Origin: Glaucostegus cemiculus
Taxonomy: Eukaryota
Assembly: GCA_976551045.1 (NCBI GenBank)
Contig: CDPCPM010000125.1
Span: forward strand, 1,302,001-1,366,000
DNA length: 64,000 bases
Direction of reading: 5' to 3'
This document shows positions 13,170 to 27,112 of the stretch, in pieces. The notes beneath the pieces were generated by a model. It was not told the DNA's origin. It saw only the letters and a program-made list of their open reading frames with translations, and did no database searches. Positions within the stretch are counted from its first letter, which is position 1. The number at the start of each line of letters is the position of its first letter. The position numbers were made by a program, and so were the translations under genes.

Positions 13170-13420
13170 TGGCTGTAATCCATTCCCCCTCATCTGCCAG
13201 TCAGCTCACTACAGATTTTCCAGCCATTTAGCTACACGAGAAGCAATTGACAGTAATAAATTAACCTACCAACATGTCTACAGGGCGTGCATGGGAACCG
13301 AGTACCCGACGATAAAATACGTTCACATGCTGAAACTCCATACATATTGGGATCGAGGAAAGGATGAAACGCCATTCCGAGAACTGCACAGCAGCAGCAT
13401 CACTCATCAATATTGCGACA
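13170..13420 (-). mobile_element. Degenerate V-SINE-like element
   Basis: gcaattgacagtaataaattaacctaccaacatgtc...gggaaccgagtacccg. Confidence 0.5.
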
Positions 13421-13509
13421 AGTTGCTTCAGGGAGGATTAGGACTCGGGCCCAACGACACGGGAGAACGATAAAGCGTGACGTGAAAATAACTTTCAACA
13501 TTACCTTTA

Positions 13510-15292
13510 ACATAGCCTTGTAGAGGGACAGGATCAGACGATATGGGAAAGAATTTAACCGGGATAGGGGGAATTATGATGCTATTATACAGGAATTTGG
13601 GAGCGTAAATTGAGAACAGATGTTCCGGGGAAATTCACAGCGGTAATGCGGAGGCTATTAACCAAAAAAGCATAGAATCATAGAACCATAGAACAATACA
13701 GCACAATACAGGCCTTTGGTTCATTATGTTTTGCCGCCCTTCAAATCACACCAAAGACTATCTAACCCTAGGGAGTACTTGCATGGGGTTCTGGATAGGA
13801 TGGTCTCATTGAGGCAAGGTAAGGATGGTAGAGTGAAGGAACCGTGGTTGACAAGATAGTTAGAATATTCTGTCGACGAAGAAAGAATCTTACCAAAGGT
13901 TCCGAGGCGCATGGTTCAGAGAGAACTCTGGAGAGTTAAAAGGTAACTAGGAGGGAGCTTAAGAACAGACTTAAGAGAGGTAGAAGGTGGCATGAGAAGT
14001 CCCTGACGAGTAGGATCAAGAAAAACCCCAAGGCGTTCGACACCTGTGTGAAGAATAGGAGGCTGACTGGACTGAGTGTAGGAGCGATCAGCAGGGATAA
14101 AAGATGAAACATATACCTGGAGTCGGAAGAGTTAGAGGATGTCCTGAATGAACATTTTGCTTCAGTATTCACCAGAGAGAGAGAGATAGACATTGAAGTT
14201 TGTGAGGATGGACTAAGAAAGGTTGATACGCTAGGGTATGTTGAAGTGAGGAAAGTGGATGTGCTGCAACTTCTGAAAAACATTAGGATAGTTAAGTTTC
14301 CCGGGCCAGACGGGATATATCAAGGTTATTACGGGAAGTGAAGGAAGAGAATGCTGCGCCTTTGGCGATAATCTTTGCGTTCTCATTGGCCAAGGGAGTA
14401 ATGCCAAATGATTGGAAGATGGCAAATGTTGTTCCGTTGTTTAAGGAAGGGAATAGGGATAACTCTGGGAATTACAGACCAGTGAGTCTTAATTCAGTGG
14501 TGGCCAAATTACTGGAGAAAATTCTTGTAGAGTGTGAAATGATACACTTCGGGCGATGGAATTTGAAGGCAGAATTCAAAATTAATGGCTGGACTCTTAG
14601 CAGTGTGGAGGAAGAGATGGTTCTTCGGGTCCATGCCCATAGATTACTCAAGGCTGCCGTGCAGGTCGGAGGGTGGTTACGAAGGCGTATAGTGTGTTGC
14701 CCTTCATTAATCGGGGTATTGAGTTCAAGAGCCGCGAGGTAATGTTGCAGTGCTGTGGAACTCTGGTTATACCACACTTGGAGTGTTGTGTTCAGTTATG
14801 GCCGCCCAGTGATAGGAAGGATGTGGAAGCTTCAGAGAAGGTTCAGAGGAGATTTACCAGGATGCTGACTGAATTGGAGCGCACGTCTTGTCAGGATAGA
14901 TTGACTGAGCTGGGGCTTTATTCTATAGAGAGAAGCAGGATGAGCGGTGACTTAATAGACTCTACAAGATGATAAGAGGTATAGAACGAGTGTACAGTCG
15001 GAGAATTTTCCCCAGGCCGACAATGGCTAACATGAGGGGACATAATTTTAAAGTGATTAGAAGATATAATAGGGATGTCAGGGGTAAGTTTTGTTTTTCA
15101 TACAGAGAGTGATGGGTGCGTGGAATGCACTACCGGCAAAGGTTCTGGGGGCAGATACATTATGGAAATTTAAGAGCTTCTTCGAAATACACATTAATAA
15201 AGGGTTAGATAGGACTTAGAGCAGGATAATATGTCAGCACAACATTGTGGGCCGAGGAGCCTGCACTGTGTTGCAGTACTCTATGCTATATG
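13510..15292 (+). mobile_element. CR1 LINE fragment (decayed ORF2, internally deleted) interrupted by an antisense CR1 tail at about 13670-13770
   Basis: ORFs with PNDWKMANVVPLFKEGNRDNSGNYRPVSLNSVV and PHLECCVQLW...EKVQRRFTRM; CR1 3' UTR ending tactctatgctatatg; catagaatcatagaaccatagaac tail at 13670. Confidence 0.9.
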
Positions 15293-15360
15293 AATGAAAA
15301 TCCCATGTGAACTTTGAGGTGGTAGAAAGTGTGCCAATAAAGTCCAGTGCGTCATGCTGA

Positions 15361-15911
15361 ATGGTCTTCTCCAGGTCAAAAAAAAGTTAATTAATCATTT
15401 TCCTTCATTTGGGCAAACAAATATAAAGCAACACACTCCTCTCGTATATTATGTGATTGAAACAAATCCATTACCAGAAAAAAAAATTGAAAATACCCTC
15501 AATGTAGGCGTCAAGTATCCCCATATTAACGAGTTATGTTTTATATATTTTTGAATGGTAATGCACAGAATGGTACAATATATTCATTTGGGGTATTGTG
15601 ACTAAATACTGATGGGACTGGCCATTCTCTGAGAATTGAAAATTTCATATAAACACGGAAACAAGAACAATATATAAATAAATACAGGAGCAGTGAATAA
15701 TTCTCCGCTTAATTCCTCGTTGTATGTTGAGCATTATGATTTAAAAATGATCAACCACGGGTGATCTTGAATAAACTGCCATTAAACTCACAGAATATAT
15801 GATGAAACTTGATAAAGCTGGAATGGACGGAACATACCAGGAAGTAACTTGTAGCGGAACAATCAGGAAAATGATTAATTAACATTTTTTTTCTGACCCG
15901 GAGAAGAACAT
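15361..15911. repeat. ~45-bp imperfect inverted repeats enclosing ~460 bp (MITE-like)
   Basis: atggtcttctccaggtcaaaaaaaagttaattaatcattttcct (15361-15404) pairs with aggaaaatgattaattaacattttttttctgacccggagaagaacat (15865-15911). Confidence 0.7.
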
Positions 15912-16461
15912 AGTCAACGTTCAAATTTCCAATGTTTGTCGCTGAAAATTCGGGAATTAGTGGATAAATTGCTGACATGTAAGGTAGATGTATGGATAGT
16001 TTTAGAGGTTGGGAAGCTCAACCCAGAGGTGACCTTATCATGTGACACTTGGATTAACCAGCGGAAAATAAAACTGAAAGACGATATCGAAGGAAATCAA
16101 GAAGTAAAATTGTATTTTGAAAATGGACACTTATACATGTTATTCAAACCACTGGATGTGTCTCATGATAACTTTTTCTCCTGGCTAAAATCATCTTGTA
16201 GATTTTTAATAATAAAAACTCCCTGTAATTCCTGTTGTGAATATTACATTCCTCCACACTTGGATGTAATTGTTTGATGTTTATATCAATCCTACGCCAT
16301 GTTTCACTACACGCTACTGTTCTGAAAACGTTTTGTCTTCCACATAGAATACACCCTCGAAATTAACGACCGTTATCTACTTAGTTGCTTCTTTCGACAT
16401 TTTTGCAACGTCGGAGAGTATTTTGAAGCGGAATCAATAGACATTTTTTTTTTATTTTCAG

Positions 16462-16488
16462 ATCGATTCTTCACCAAATTCGATGCAG
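16462..16488 (+). CDS. Micro-exon 5, 27 nt, DRFFTKFDA
   Basis: ttttattttcag|ATCGATTCTTCACCAAATTCGATGCAG|gtaatg. Confidence 0.7.
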
Positions 16489-17508
16489 GTAATGTGAAGA
16501 AATAACGTGAAGTGCGGGCACATAAATTTTCTGAAGGAAAACATCAAGTGCTTTCTCCAGCATACTGAAAATCATTGTAACTAACAATACATTTTCCATC
16601 TGCAGCAACTAATTTGGAAGAACCATACAAAGCGCAACACAAAAATAAGGGGAATAATTTGTACCATTCCATTCTGATAATCAATTGACATAAAACATAA
16701 GTTGATGATCGCATGTATATGACGATCGTTCTGCTAACTTCTATTCATGCCCTTAACGGTGCCTAATCTATTGCTTATAGTACTTACCCTCGTTTCCATG
16801 CTGATTATTTACTGAATGTACCAGCTGCAAACGCTCGAATGTCTTACCTTTCCTTTTAACTTCTGGCCGTCTAGCTCATGAACAATATTATTCTTTCTGA
16901 ATTTACGTAATGGGATCGAAGACGAATGGCGCTTGGTGATGATGAAATGCGTAGGTCTCATTGATATTCCTGTGCGTGAATCACGGGAACATAATTCTGT
17001 TATAACAGGATAGTCAGTGGAACGAATCACTGCTACTCTTCACTTCATCAAATATTTAACTTCGATTGGAGAATCCCCAGTGCGAAGAACAACACATGAT
17101 TTCCCCGCAAGCACATCCACGATGTAACCTTATATGAGCCAGTAAGATATTGAAAACACAAGAGGACTCAAAACCCTTTCCACGAGCCTCGTGTTTCATA
17201 GATTTTGCTGTAAATTTCAAACGTACATCAGTAAGGATGTTCTACAAAATGTTCTACTGGGAAAATAATGCCGTGATATTACGCAGCTCTGCAGAGATAT
17301 ATAATCTTCCAATTTTCTCACAGTTTGTGACAATGGTGATTTTGTTATTTCCATGGAGGATAAACCTGTTGAGACACTGGGAATTCTAAAGGTATAGAAT
17401 AGGAAACAAATGGCATTTCAATATAAGTGTAAGTATACATGAGGTAAGCATCGCTTCGGCTCTGGTAGTCACGTTTCTGAAAACAAAATCGTTGATTTTT
17501 GTCCCCAG

Positions 17509-17535
17509 GTCTTGACAAACTTCTTCAAGATACAG
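17509..17535 (+). CDS. Micro-exon 6, 27 nt, GLDKLLQDT
   Basis: tttgtccccag|GTCTTGACAAACTTCTTCAAGATACAG|gtaaac. Confidence 0.8.
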
Positions 17536-20330
17536 GTAAACATAATTTTTAGTGGATTTACCCAAAGACCGATAAATGTTTCTTATCCGCAGGCTGACTC
17601 AAAACATTTCTGCCACCCTTTCCTATAATTCGGCACAATGTATAAAACCTTCGTTCTCCGTAATCATTCATGTTGAAAATAAATTTGAAGAGAATGCACT
17701 TCACGCGCCGATTAACCGCTGCCGTTGTTCTTTAAATCAACGGCTCCGGGCTTATCTGAACCGTATTCCAGATTAATGGTGAGGTATGGCTGCGACAGGC
17801 ATTAAAGTCTCACAGCAAAGCTGCTTTCAGAAAAAAAATTGAAGGTTTTCTAAGCTATATTCCTTACTCTATAGTGGCGGTGGCCTTGTAAGCTCCACGG
17901 AATATTTCACACGAGGGAAAAGTTGCTTTATTAATAATAAACAAATAAGATCAAACGTTCAATTTAAACTGTTGATTCTCAGCAGGGACACCGTTCTACA
18001 AAAAATGCCATAATAAAAAATGGGGACACGTCTTCTAAAGAGCATTTGTTTTGGTGAGCCGTAATGGAAGAAAGTATTCCAGGAAGGCAGAGATATTTGG
18101 AATAGGAGTACAATATGTCCATGAAACAGAAACTTCCCTTGTCATTGTGAAGAATTTGGAATCGTAAAATCAGAATCAAGATATACAGAAAGCCCAGAGA
18201 CTGTGAAAAACGGTAGCAAAAATATGGAGGTGAACAGATATTAATTGATTTGAACGCCGGGATGAGGCTATGCAAGTTGACTTTGTAGCCACCAGTGGTC
18301 AGGGCACATCTTCAGCATTGTGGAACCAGAATCTGGACAAAGGCAACGATATTTGGATGAACCCGCCCGTGAAGAAAATTGAATAAAGCGTCTCAATTAC
18401 ATTCGAGAGATACCTTTTGCTAGTATAAATGCTTTATCTCTTTATGTTATGGAACTAAGGCTCATTTGGCTTTTCATGCATTTATGTTTTATCCGTGATA
18501 GCAAATTATGTGAAACTTATCTTGAAATCCATTTGTACGGACAATTTGTATTTGGTTTAGTAATGGCAAGGGGAGATACCTGACTTACTACAATGAATGA
18601 GACGTTGATTTTGGCTGTGGTAATTGGATTTGAAATATTTAGCATAATATATCTGCAACTTTGCATCGTCAATCGGCTGCCGAACCCTTACAGAGAATAA
18701 AGTTGCTGAATGAACTTGAATAATGTCGTTAGTTCAGAAGTGGAGGTATTTTTGAGTTACATCCTGGAATAGACAACATAATTATGTCCGTCAAGTCAGT
18801 CTGACGATTCAAAAATGACCACAGATCTCAGAGAATCTCTCAACCAAAATATTTGTAAACCTTTTCGTTACCCATCACGCACTGATTTAAATTTACAAGA
18901 GATTATAATCAATACAACTATGGTGCACGTTCCTGTACCACACTCCGTGTTTTCGAACTTTTTTCCCTTGTAAGGATCTGCTCTCAAGTTCAGAAGATTC
19001 TTGCAGGCCAAAGACATATTATTTCATTTCATGTAACTCAACAGCTTTTCGTTGTATTTTCCAACAAGTAACCACAATCAAATTCTATTTGCATAAATAT
19101 GACAAAAAAAGCATTAAAATGAAACAAATAAAAACGAAGCAGGTGCTGGAAAAGATGACTGTAAGCTGCGAATATTGAGGAAGCTGAGCAAATCAGATAG
19201 CATCTTTGAGAAACAGATAACGTCTCATATGAATGCCTATTCAGAATGGAATCTGATTAAGCATTGCTGGTATGAAATGTTCACACATTCTTCAAATGAA
19301 CGCTTCCTTTTGCATTGACTGTATAATTAATAGTCTTGTAGGTATGTACTGCGCTGCCTCCGAAGCGAACATGTCCACCGAATGTAATGCTCAGAACAGT
19401 TCATATTTTAATTAAACACGGTAGTTTCACATTGGGAGATATTGCGAAAGGTTTTGAACCATGTCGTCATTGAACATTGCCAAGAAGGAACCATGGAGAT
19501 AGTAGGGAATGATTTCGGAGTGAGGATTTGCACGGTTATGATAAGTAAAATAAGCTGAAAACTGCGGCCAGAAAATGCAGATGGTAATGGCACAACTCAG
19601 CCAAGACGATGGTGGACATTCACGTTGAGTGGAAGGAACAGAATTCCAGCTGCATGATAGCTTCTGCAACAGCGATTGATGGAGAAGACACGTGTCAGCA
19701 GGCACAGTGTTTAGATTGGATGTCATTGACACGACAGAAGAAAAAACATCATCCAGGAGAATTCCGCACACCTCGAACAGACAGTTCAAAAGTCACATGT
19801 GCATTCTACCGTTAAGTAGAATGTGACCTCAAGAAGGTGATAGATTTGGTTCATGCATATTTGATAGCGCTAATTACTCCCTGTGCATTTGAAAATATGA
19901 CAAGATTTGAACTTCATTGAAAAAAATACGTGTAAACATGGGCTGTGTTTGTTAATTTCCATTCGTCCTTCCGTTGTCACATATTGTTTTTCATTCTTTC
20001 GCTCCCAATTTCCAGTATTGCATTTAAGTTTATGTTTCTATATCATTGCATTCAGAACTTACTACTTGCGCTAACTTTCTGGATGTGCATTCGTTGTCAA
20101 AGAGATGGGGAACAACCTTATTTATTTTGCGCAACTTATGCCAGTGTTTCATACAGATTTAGAATAATTAGAGCTTGTCCTAACTTTGCACTTACTAAAA
20201 TAGAACCGAATTGGGTATCATTTCGTGATGTTTTGGATGAAACTCAGCAAACATTTGGCTGTGTTAACTTGTTTTTTGGACATATGGAAGAACATTCAGC
20301 TAAATGAAAATAAATTTAATCTGTTTGCAG

Positions 20331-20357
20331 CGAAGTCAATCCTTGAAAAGGATAAAG
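20331..20357 (+). CDS. Micro-exon 7, 27 nt, AKSILEKDK
   Basis: ctgtttgcag|CGAAGTCAATCCTTGAAAAGGATAAAG|gtaatt; paralog of exon 1. Confidence 0.88.
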
Positions 20358-23300
20358 GTAATTAAATCAACATATTAAAATCTACAACTGCTGATGGAAT
20401 GAAAATCCATTTTGATGTTGGTAAATAAACATTACACAGCTGAAACAGAATGTAGCACAAACGAATAACGATTACCAGAAACATGGTAAGAAGGCGTAAT
20501 CTTGCGGGAGTGATATAATTCTTAAATGTAGTTGTAATTTATTTTTATATTTTTAGTTTTAATTTTAAATATAATGGATATCTTCTGTTACCTGATAAGT
20601 GAAACATGCAATTGTTCTCATGAACTGAAAGCACTATTGCAATCTTAGTACTTATTTCAAAATTAATTGCACTTTGGAGCTCTTCAGTTAGAAGCAAGAA
20701 TTGTGCTTCAAGGTCAGAATGCTTCTGGCAAACTTGATAAAAGTGCATAGAAGCAACGTCGGTAGGTGAAATGCAGGAGCCACGCAACTGATGTTGAGGC
20801 AGATGTAACATTTTCAGAATGTTGTCTACAGGCAGCGAACAATGAGTAACTGGACGACTGAACAAGAGAACATGCCATTTCGTTCTGATATCCCCAGAGT
20901 GCATCACGGATTCTAATTGGTAAATTCTCTGAATACTGTAATAAAGCAATGTATACACAGAAGGCTTTCAGCAGATCATGGTTGATGTTACGTTTAGTGA
21001 TTTAGTTGTGTATGATGAGAGTTGAAAAGTCAAGAGAGTGATATTGGCATGCAATTCAATTGTTAGCGTACTGCCGATGCTTCATGGACCAGGGATGTAA
21101 TTCCTGAATGATACGACATTTTCCTGGCTTCACGGTTAAGAATATGCATGACATTCTGTGGGAGTGAGGAGTATAGTCATATTTCTCAGCTTATTGGCCT
21201 TCCAATGACCGTGGACGAAAGTGATTGTCTGTTAGATCAACTTCTTGCAAACAACCTAAAATATCTGTGAACTAAACCTCTCAGGGTTACAAAATGCCTG
21301 TTTGAAGAAGTCAGAGATGTCTGCCTGTACCCCTTCAAAAGAACGTGGAATGTCTTTGAACAGCATCATTTCTCCGTTTTAATGTTTCCCTATTCTGTCA
21401 CTTGCCGATTTATGCCATAATTTTCACTCCACCTCGTTAAATAAACGGATAAGAGACTGAAAACAAAATTTCATCGTGGAGTGAGTCACATACGCAGGAC
21501 ATTGTATCACTTTCTATTGAGTTGGGACCTGGAAACGTAGCATGGGTTACATCTCAACAGTAGCTATTTTAGTAGACTTTAGAAGACGTTTCTTGGTGCC
21601 ATTGAGAAGAGATGAGTGGAAATGGTATGGAAGATTAACAGAGGAAAGATAACCTGAAAGTAACTTCAGAACGGATCTGTATAAAACTATTTAGTCAATG
21701 TGTTAACGTTTGTTTGCCTCAAAGCAAATGCATGTACATTTCAAAACTAAGATGATCAACAAGAGCGCGTGGAGAGTTATTACATACGGGATTGCTTGAA
21801 ACTCTCGGAACACAACTGACACCCGAGCTCAAAACAGTTTCCACGCGTTCTCCATATCTCTTAAATTCATTACTGCCCTTAATACCATTCATGACATTTC
21901 TGTGTTTAATGAATTCAAGGGCAGAACCGCCGTATATTTCGGGGTTTGGAAATTCCAAAGACTCTGCACATTATGCAGGAAAAGAAATTCACATCATTTC
22001 AGTCCTAAATAGCGTATTTCTTATTCTGTGAAGGTGAAAACCAGTTCAAGACTCCGCACTGGAAGAAAATTCCACTTTTCATCCACCTTATAGAGCCTTG
22101 CTAGGAGTTCGTCAGTTTCAATAAAATCTTTTGTTTTTCTAAACCCGAGAAAATGCAGTCATGGGGGAGTAATGTTTAAGTTCCAAATAATATTTTGGTG
22201 TTGAGGCATATTTACAATACTGAGACACTTGACCAGACTGGTTGAAAAGAAGAACAACAAAAGACAATCATATTTACATCTAATTCTTCTCAAGATTTCT
22301 GTGTGCTCTCAATGTACGGAGGAGAAAATGCCGGTATCATCCCAAATGCTGCCTTTTCAATTTGAGACGTCAGCAAACGGGTTGTGTGGGCATCAGTATT
22401 ATCTTATGATACATCGGTAGGTAACAAACGACCACGAACCGACAGAGAATGATGCTTAACGTTATCTATACGCGATTTACTGGGGCAGCGGCGGTCAGAG
22501 AACGAAGGGAGGGGCAAGAAAAAGAATTTGTTCACAGAAAACCCGAAAATGTAGGTGACATTGTCTTTGCTTTAGTGAACGTGGTGGATATAGTTACGAG
22601 TGGGCTACAGTGAAGCAAGAGGACGGCATATGTAACGAGTAAAATTAATTTTGGTTGAATTTATTTTATCATGAAGACATACATGCAGAAGCGACGTGAA
22701 TATTTGTTTTTAAACTGAAAATTATTAGATATTAGAATGTTAGAATGCTACGATAAGTTTGGTAAATTGAGCAAGAGATAGCATTATGAACATCAGGACA
22801 GCGGAATTACTTCAGGTAGTAATGACTAAGGAAGAAAGCAAATACACACTAAGTAATTTTGAGCGTCTTGAAATTCCAGGATCATTGGCTGTTAGGATAG
22901 ACCTGCACAAAACGGATGTTGTGACCAAAGCCGGGTTTGCGCAGCCGGGAGGGGCAAAGACGCAAAACGCAATTAGAAATATCAGAGAAGATCTTTTTTT
23001 TCTGAGGGATCTATTGGAAAGTGCGCTAATTGGCTGCTTCAAATAGATATCGAGAAGTTAATATTTGTCAGCACATATTTGCCAGCGCAAGTCATTTCTG
23101 ATCAGTTGGATCGAATTATGTTGTGCGTTGAATGCTGCAGAAAATTCTATGAAATCTTTATGTAATTTGTCATAATGTGGGCAGTATTTGAAATTATAAA
23201 CATGACACAAGATGTCTGTGCAGAGCAAAATGACGAAACAAACAGCAGTATATCTTCAGATGATATTTCAGAGTATGCTTCCCTTCTAATCGATGGAGTT

Positions 23301-23936
23301 AGTTTTACGGTGCTTACTGTTTTATTTCAGATGTTCACATTGTGCAACATTGTCGATTTTCGTTTGAGCAATGCAAACATTTGACCAGGACAGGAGTGTC
23401 AAATTTTTCAGGGAAGAGAAACATATTGCACGAAATAAAAATCGGCACGATGCCTGAAAATGAGCTCACATATGGAAAACTGAGTCGAACAGTTAATACA
23501 GGATTTACCGAAAGTGTCACTGCGCAAAGCATGAAATCGCGTTTGCACAGTATGAATATGAATCGCATAAGCCATAAGCACAGGACCTTAATTAAGCCTT
23601 TTAGGGTTATCCACAAGGAATTGTGTTGATATTAATGGGAACTTTCCACGTTCGATCATTTTTAAAATCGACTGGTTATCCGGGCATATAATTGTGTCAT
23701 TTATTTTAGGAATAACTGCAATCTTTACATTTCTATGCCTACTTTACCGATTCATTAATGTTGTTTGTAGTCAATTATTGATGCCACTTATTATCAAGGC
23801 AAAGCATATTTTCGTGTCATCTATGGACATGCAATTCATTCCACGTACATCCATATTAAAACTGTTGATGTATATCGCACACAAAAACATCCCAACAATA
23901 CAGCAAATCATTTGTGCTTTTTCATTTCATTCTTAG

Positions 23937-23972
23937 AAATTCTAACTTTAACAGAAAGTCTACGGCAGGCAG
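23937..23972 (+). CDS. Micro-exon 8, 36 nt, EILTLTESLRQA
   Basis: ttcattcttag|AAATTCTAACTTTAACAGAAAGTCTACGGCAGGCAG|gtaagg; internal in-frame AG at 23953-23954 would give an 18-nt form. Confidence 0.85.
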
Positions 23973-24917
23973 GTAAGGTTGGCAATGGAAAGATATATAT
24001 TAGACTGACATTCATTAACCGCAACATGTTTTCTCTCTTTTCCTGTAAGGGCTTTGGGTAGGTGGCTGAGACTTACCTTGAAAAATATATCACGCTATTG
24101 CAGCTCGAAAAGAGGTTCATGGCTCTAGTTCGAGTCAAAATTCACAACACATAATGCATAAATTGGAGCTTTATTGGTCACATGTAGCTGCTGCAACTTC
24201 CCTTGCATGTCGTTTAGAATGTGCTACGAAATACACTTTACAAATACTTACTGATTTTTTTCTTCGGAATCGGTAATGTGAAATCAACTGTAACCCCCGT
24301 TTGATTCTACTGGAAGAATACGAAATGAAATCGGTGCTTGAAAAGAATAAATAGAGTATTCATCAAAGAATATTATTGTTGGTGAACTTTGTTGAAACGA
24401 CGTTACGGACATTCCGTTTGGCAGCTATTGGGAAAGCTCAATTTTCATTGCATAAATTAGTACTTTTATTTATTCTGGTCACCGCAACCGTTAAAAAAAT
24501 TACACAAATGAAAGTCGGAACAGAACAGATATAAGTTGCTTGTAAGCTCCTAAATACGAAAGAGAACGGCTATTTTTCCGTTGCTTTGACAACCATGAAA
24601 TGAACCGATGGCGATGTAACATTTTATTCTTTCTACAAAATGAGGTTGTACATTGTATCTCCCATGTAAGCAATGCTACCTTGACTCTGTTACATTAATT
24701 AAAACAAGTGAGAGTTCAAATGTTACAGCGATGGCGTCCATCAAAGTATTTTGCTCTCATATGAACCGCGTGAAAAAGGTATATTAAGAATTTCGACAAA
24801 ATAATGGATCGGCTAACATGTGTGCAATTTAACATGAAAAAAGTATCAGGAGTATCACTGTCAACGTTACAGGAACATTACATTTTAATCGTTTCACTTT
24901 CTTATTTTGTTTCGTAG

Positions 24918-24944
24918 AGGACAAAGTGAAAACGTGTCAAGCCG
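24918..24944 (+). CDS. Micro-exon 9, 27 nt, EDKVKTCQA
   Basis: ttgtttcgtag|AGGACAAAGTGAAAACGTGTCAAGCCG|gtaaaa; EDKxxxC shared with exon 4. Confidence 0.8.
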
Positions 24945-26329
24945 GTAAAACTGTATAGCTTTACTTCAAACCATTAGTAATTGACTCAAATAATTGTAAG
25001 TGACTTTTTCAAACTGGTCGACATTAAGTTTAACATTGGCATATGCATCGGTTAGAGTTTGTGTTCTTCTGTATTCCTGAAGAAAACAGGCGCATAATTG
25101 CGCATTTGATTGCAAAACATTCTTACAAGATAAACGTTAACAAACAATATTACAAGCTGTGTAACGTATCGGGAAAGCACGTCAGATGCCGGGAGCTTAT
25201 AAAACTGAAAGAAATTAAAGAACGATTGAACCTTTGAATGTCACGAATATTTGGAGATAATTCAACAACTTTGTGCAGAGAAAACTGAGCATTATGTCTC
25301 CTAAACTAAAGCTTCTGCCTTGAAGACTCCAATGTAGTTTTTTCATTCACTTGGAAACAGGCATATGATGCGATTGATCTGACTTATTTGGAAACATGTG
25401 GCTGATACGCTGGCCAAAGACAATCTGTCAAACAGCAATACGTTTGCATCTCTTTCAAAGCTCCCCAATGCTCCCTTGATTCAAACTAACACTGTTGAAC
25501 AGTCCAGTTTTGGAAATTATTTAATCTTCTTTCCTCAACATACTCACACTATACACTATTCCAACTAAATAAAGTGTTATTCAGCTTTTGTGGCGGTCTC
25601 TTTCAATGAGATGGGAGAATAGTTTAAGAGAGTTTTTTTCGCCTTATCTTTGGAGGTTTAATTACCCTTAAACATGAGCAATCTTTTTAATACCACCCAG
25701 TATCAAGCAGTTTATAAAGAGTACATGACTTAAAGCAAACAGAGCGGTACTGATCTTGTACTCCTGTAAAATACATTTTATCCATTTCTGGCTTCAGCAA
25801 TTTGTTCTTGTATTTGTGATTTTTTTTATCATTCTATCTTCACAATAATCTTGAAAGCTATCAAGTCACTTTTCAGTGGTGTATCATATAATACATTATT
25901 AGATTTTTCGTTTTTCTCCGTGATTACTGAAGTGTCATATACTGCTGATAATCCTTGAAAACGCGCTTGTTTGTTCTGCCCGGTCATCTCTTTAAACAAT
26001 GTTCCATTTGTCATTACCATTGAAAATGATTTGGCATTCATCCCTTGCTTTTCTCTGCTGACATCTTGTGATATCGGAGATCATAAGGCAAGGAGCGGTT
26101 TTTGTTTTCAAATTCTGCTTTCGGGTTCAAAGCTCGTTTTACATTAATTGCTGGATCTCTACATTAAAAGTGCACAATTCACTTTATTACAAGATTCATT
26201 TCTCTTCTGTTCAGAGTATCGCTTTATACATAACTGTGCAAGCTTTCATTGGTATACGTTCTTCCATTTCACTGAGAGATGCTTGTGTTCGTTAAATTTG
26301 TAGCTACTTATCTTGCCGTTCAGTTGGAT

Positions 26330-26800
26330 TCTAAAACTGTCACCAAGGCGGGATTCTTTTCTTCAGCGTCAAGAGCACAACAATGAATAAAATGTGGTAA
26401 AATGAAGAGAAGTCCGTGAATTGCTCTTACATCTGGAGGACCGTTTAGCTCCCTGACTGGTAGGAAGACAGAAGTAAAAGCAAAGTTGCTGCATCATCTG
26501 CGGTTGCACGTGAAAGATGGATGTCAAAAGCAGTTGCTCATCAGAATGAAGAGGGAAGCTGCCTTAATGGAGAAATGTTGATAGTGTAGCGGAGTGGAAG
26601 ATATACGCCAAGATAGATTACATTTAAAATTGACAGGGGTTGTGGAGTCGATTATAGATAACTGTTGGTTGGAAGGTCAGGATAGTGCGGATCTTACCTT
26701 TACTCTGGTGAGATAAGAGCAAACTACCTGCAAAATAAAATACCAGACACAGTTAAGAGACCATCCAATTATGCTGGAGCATACAAATGGTTAAAGAAGG
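26330..26800 (-). mobile_element. Degenerate Penelope-like fragment
   Basis: acatctggaggaccgtttagctccctga is the reverse-complement homolog of tcagggccctaaacagcccttccaggtg near 5775. Confidence 0.5.
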
Positions 26801-27112
26801 CCAAAGAGCAGAGAGAGCAGAGAGAGAGAGAGAGATCAGACAAGGACTAGGCTGGAAAATTAAACGTATTCTCTCCTCCTTTCCCATCAATACTAACTTG
26901 TTTTGTCGCATTTTTCAGTACTGAAGAAATACTTTAGGGACACAGTGATTCTTCTCGTCCGATGGCCGCTGCCTGACGTGTTGGATGTTACAGGAATCCT
27001 CTGCTTCTCCCACATCAACATTCTTTTAAGTGTCATTTTCACTTGCTTCGCATGCTGAACAATCTACCTGAAATCTGGAAACGACCTGATCACTCAGACA
27101 ATACTATTCGTA

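Noticed and set aside
17417-17443. Strong donor GAG|gtaagc at 17443
   Set aside because: No suitable AG at 21, 27 or 36 nt upstream and an in-frame TGA in phase 1; at most a relic.
19143-19160. ag|GTGCTGGAAAAGATGACT|gtaagc as an exon
   Set aside because: No pyrimidine tract, and it lies in a repeat-terminus-like segment.
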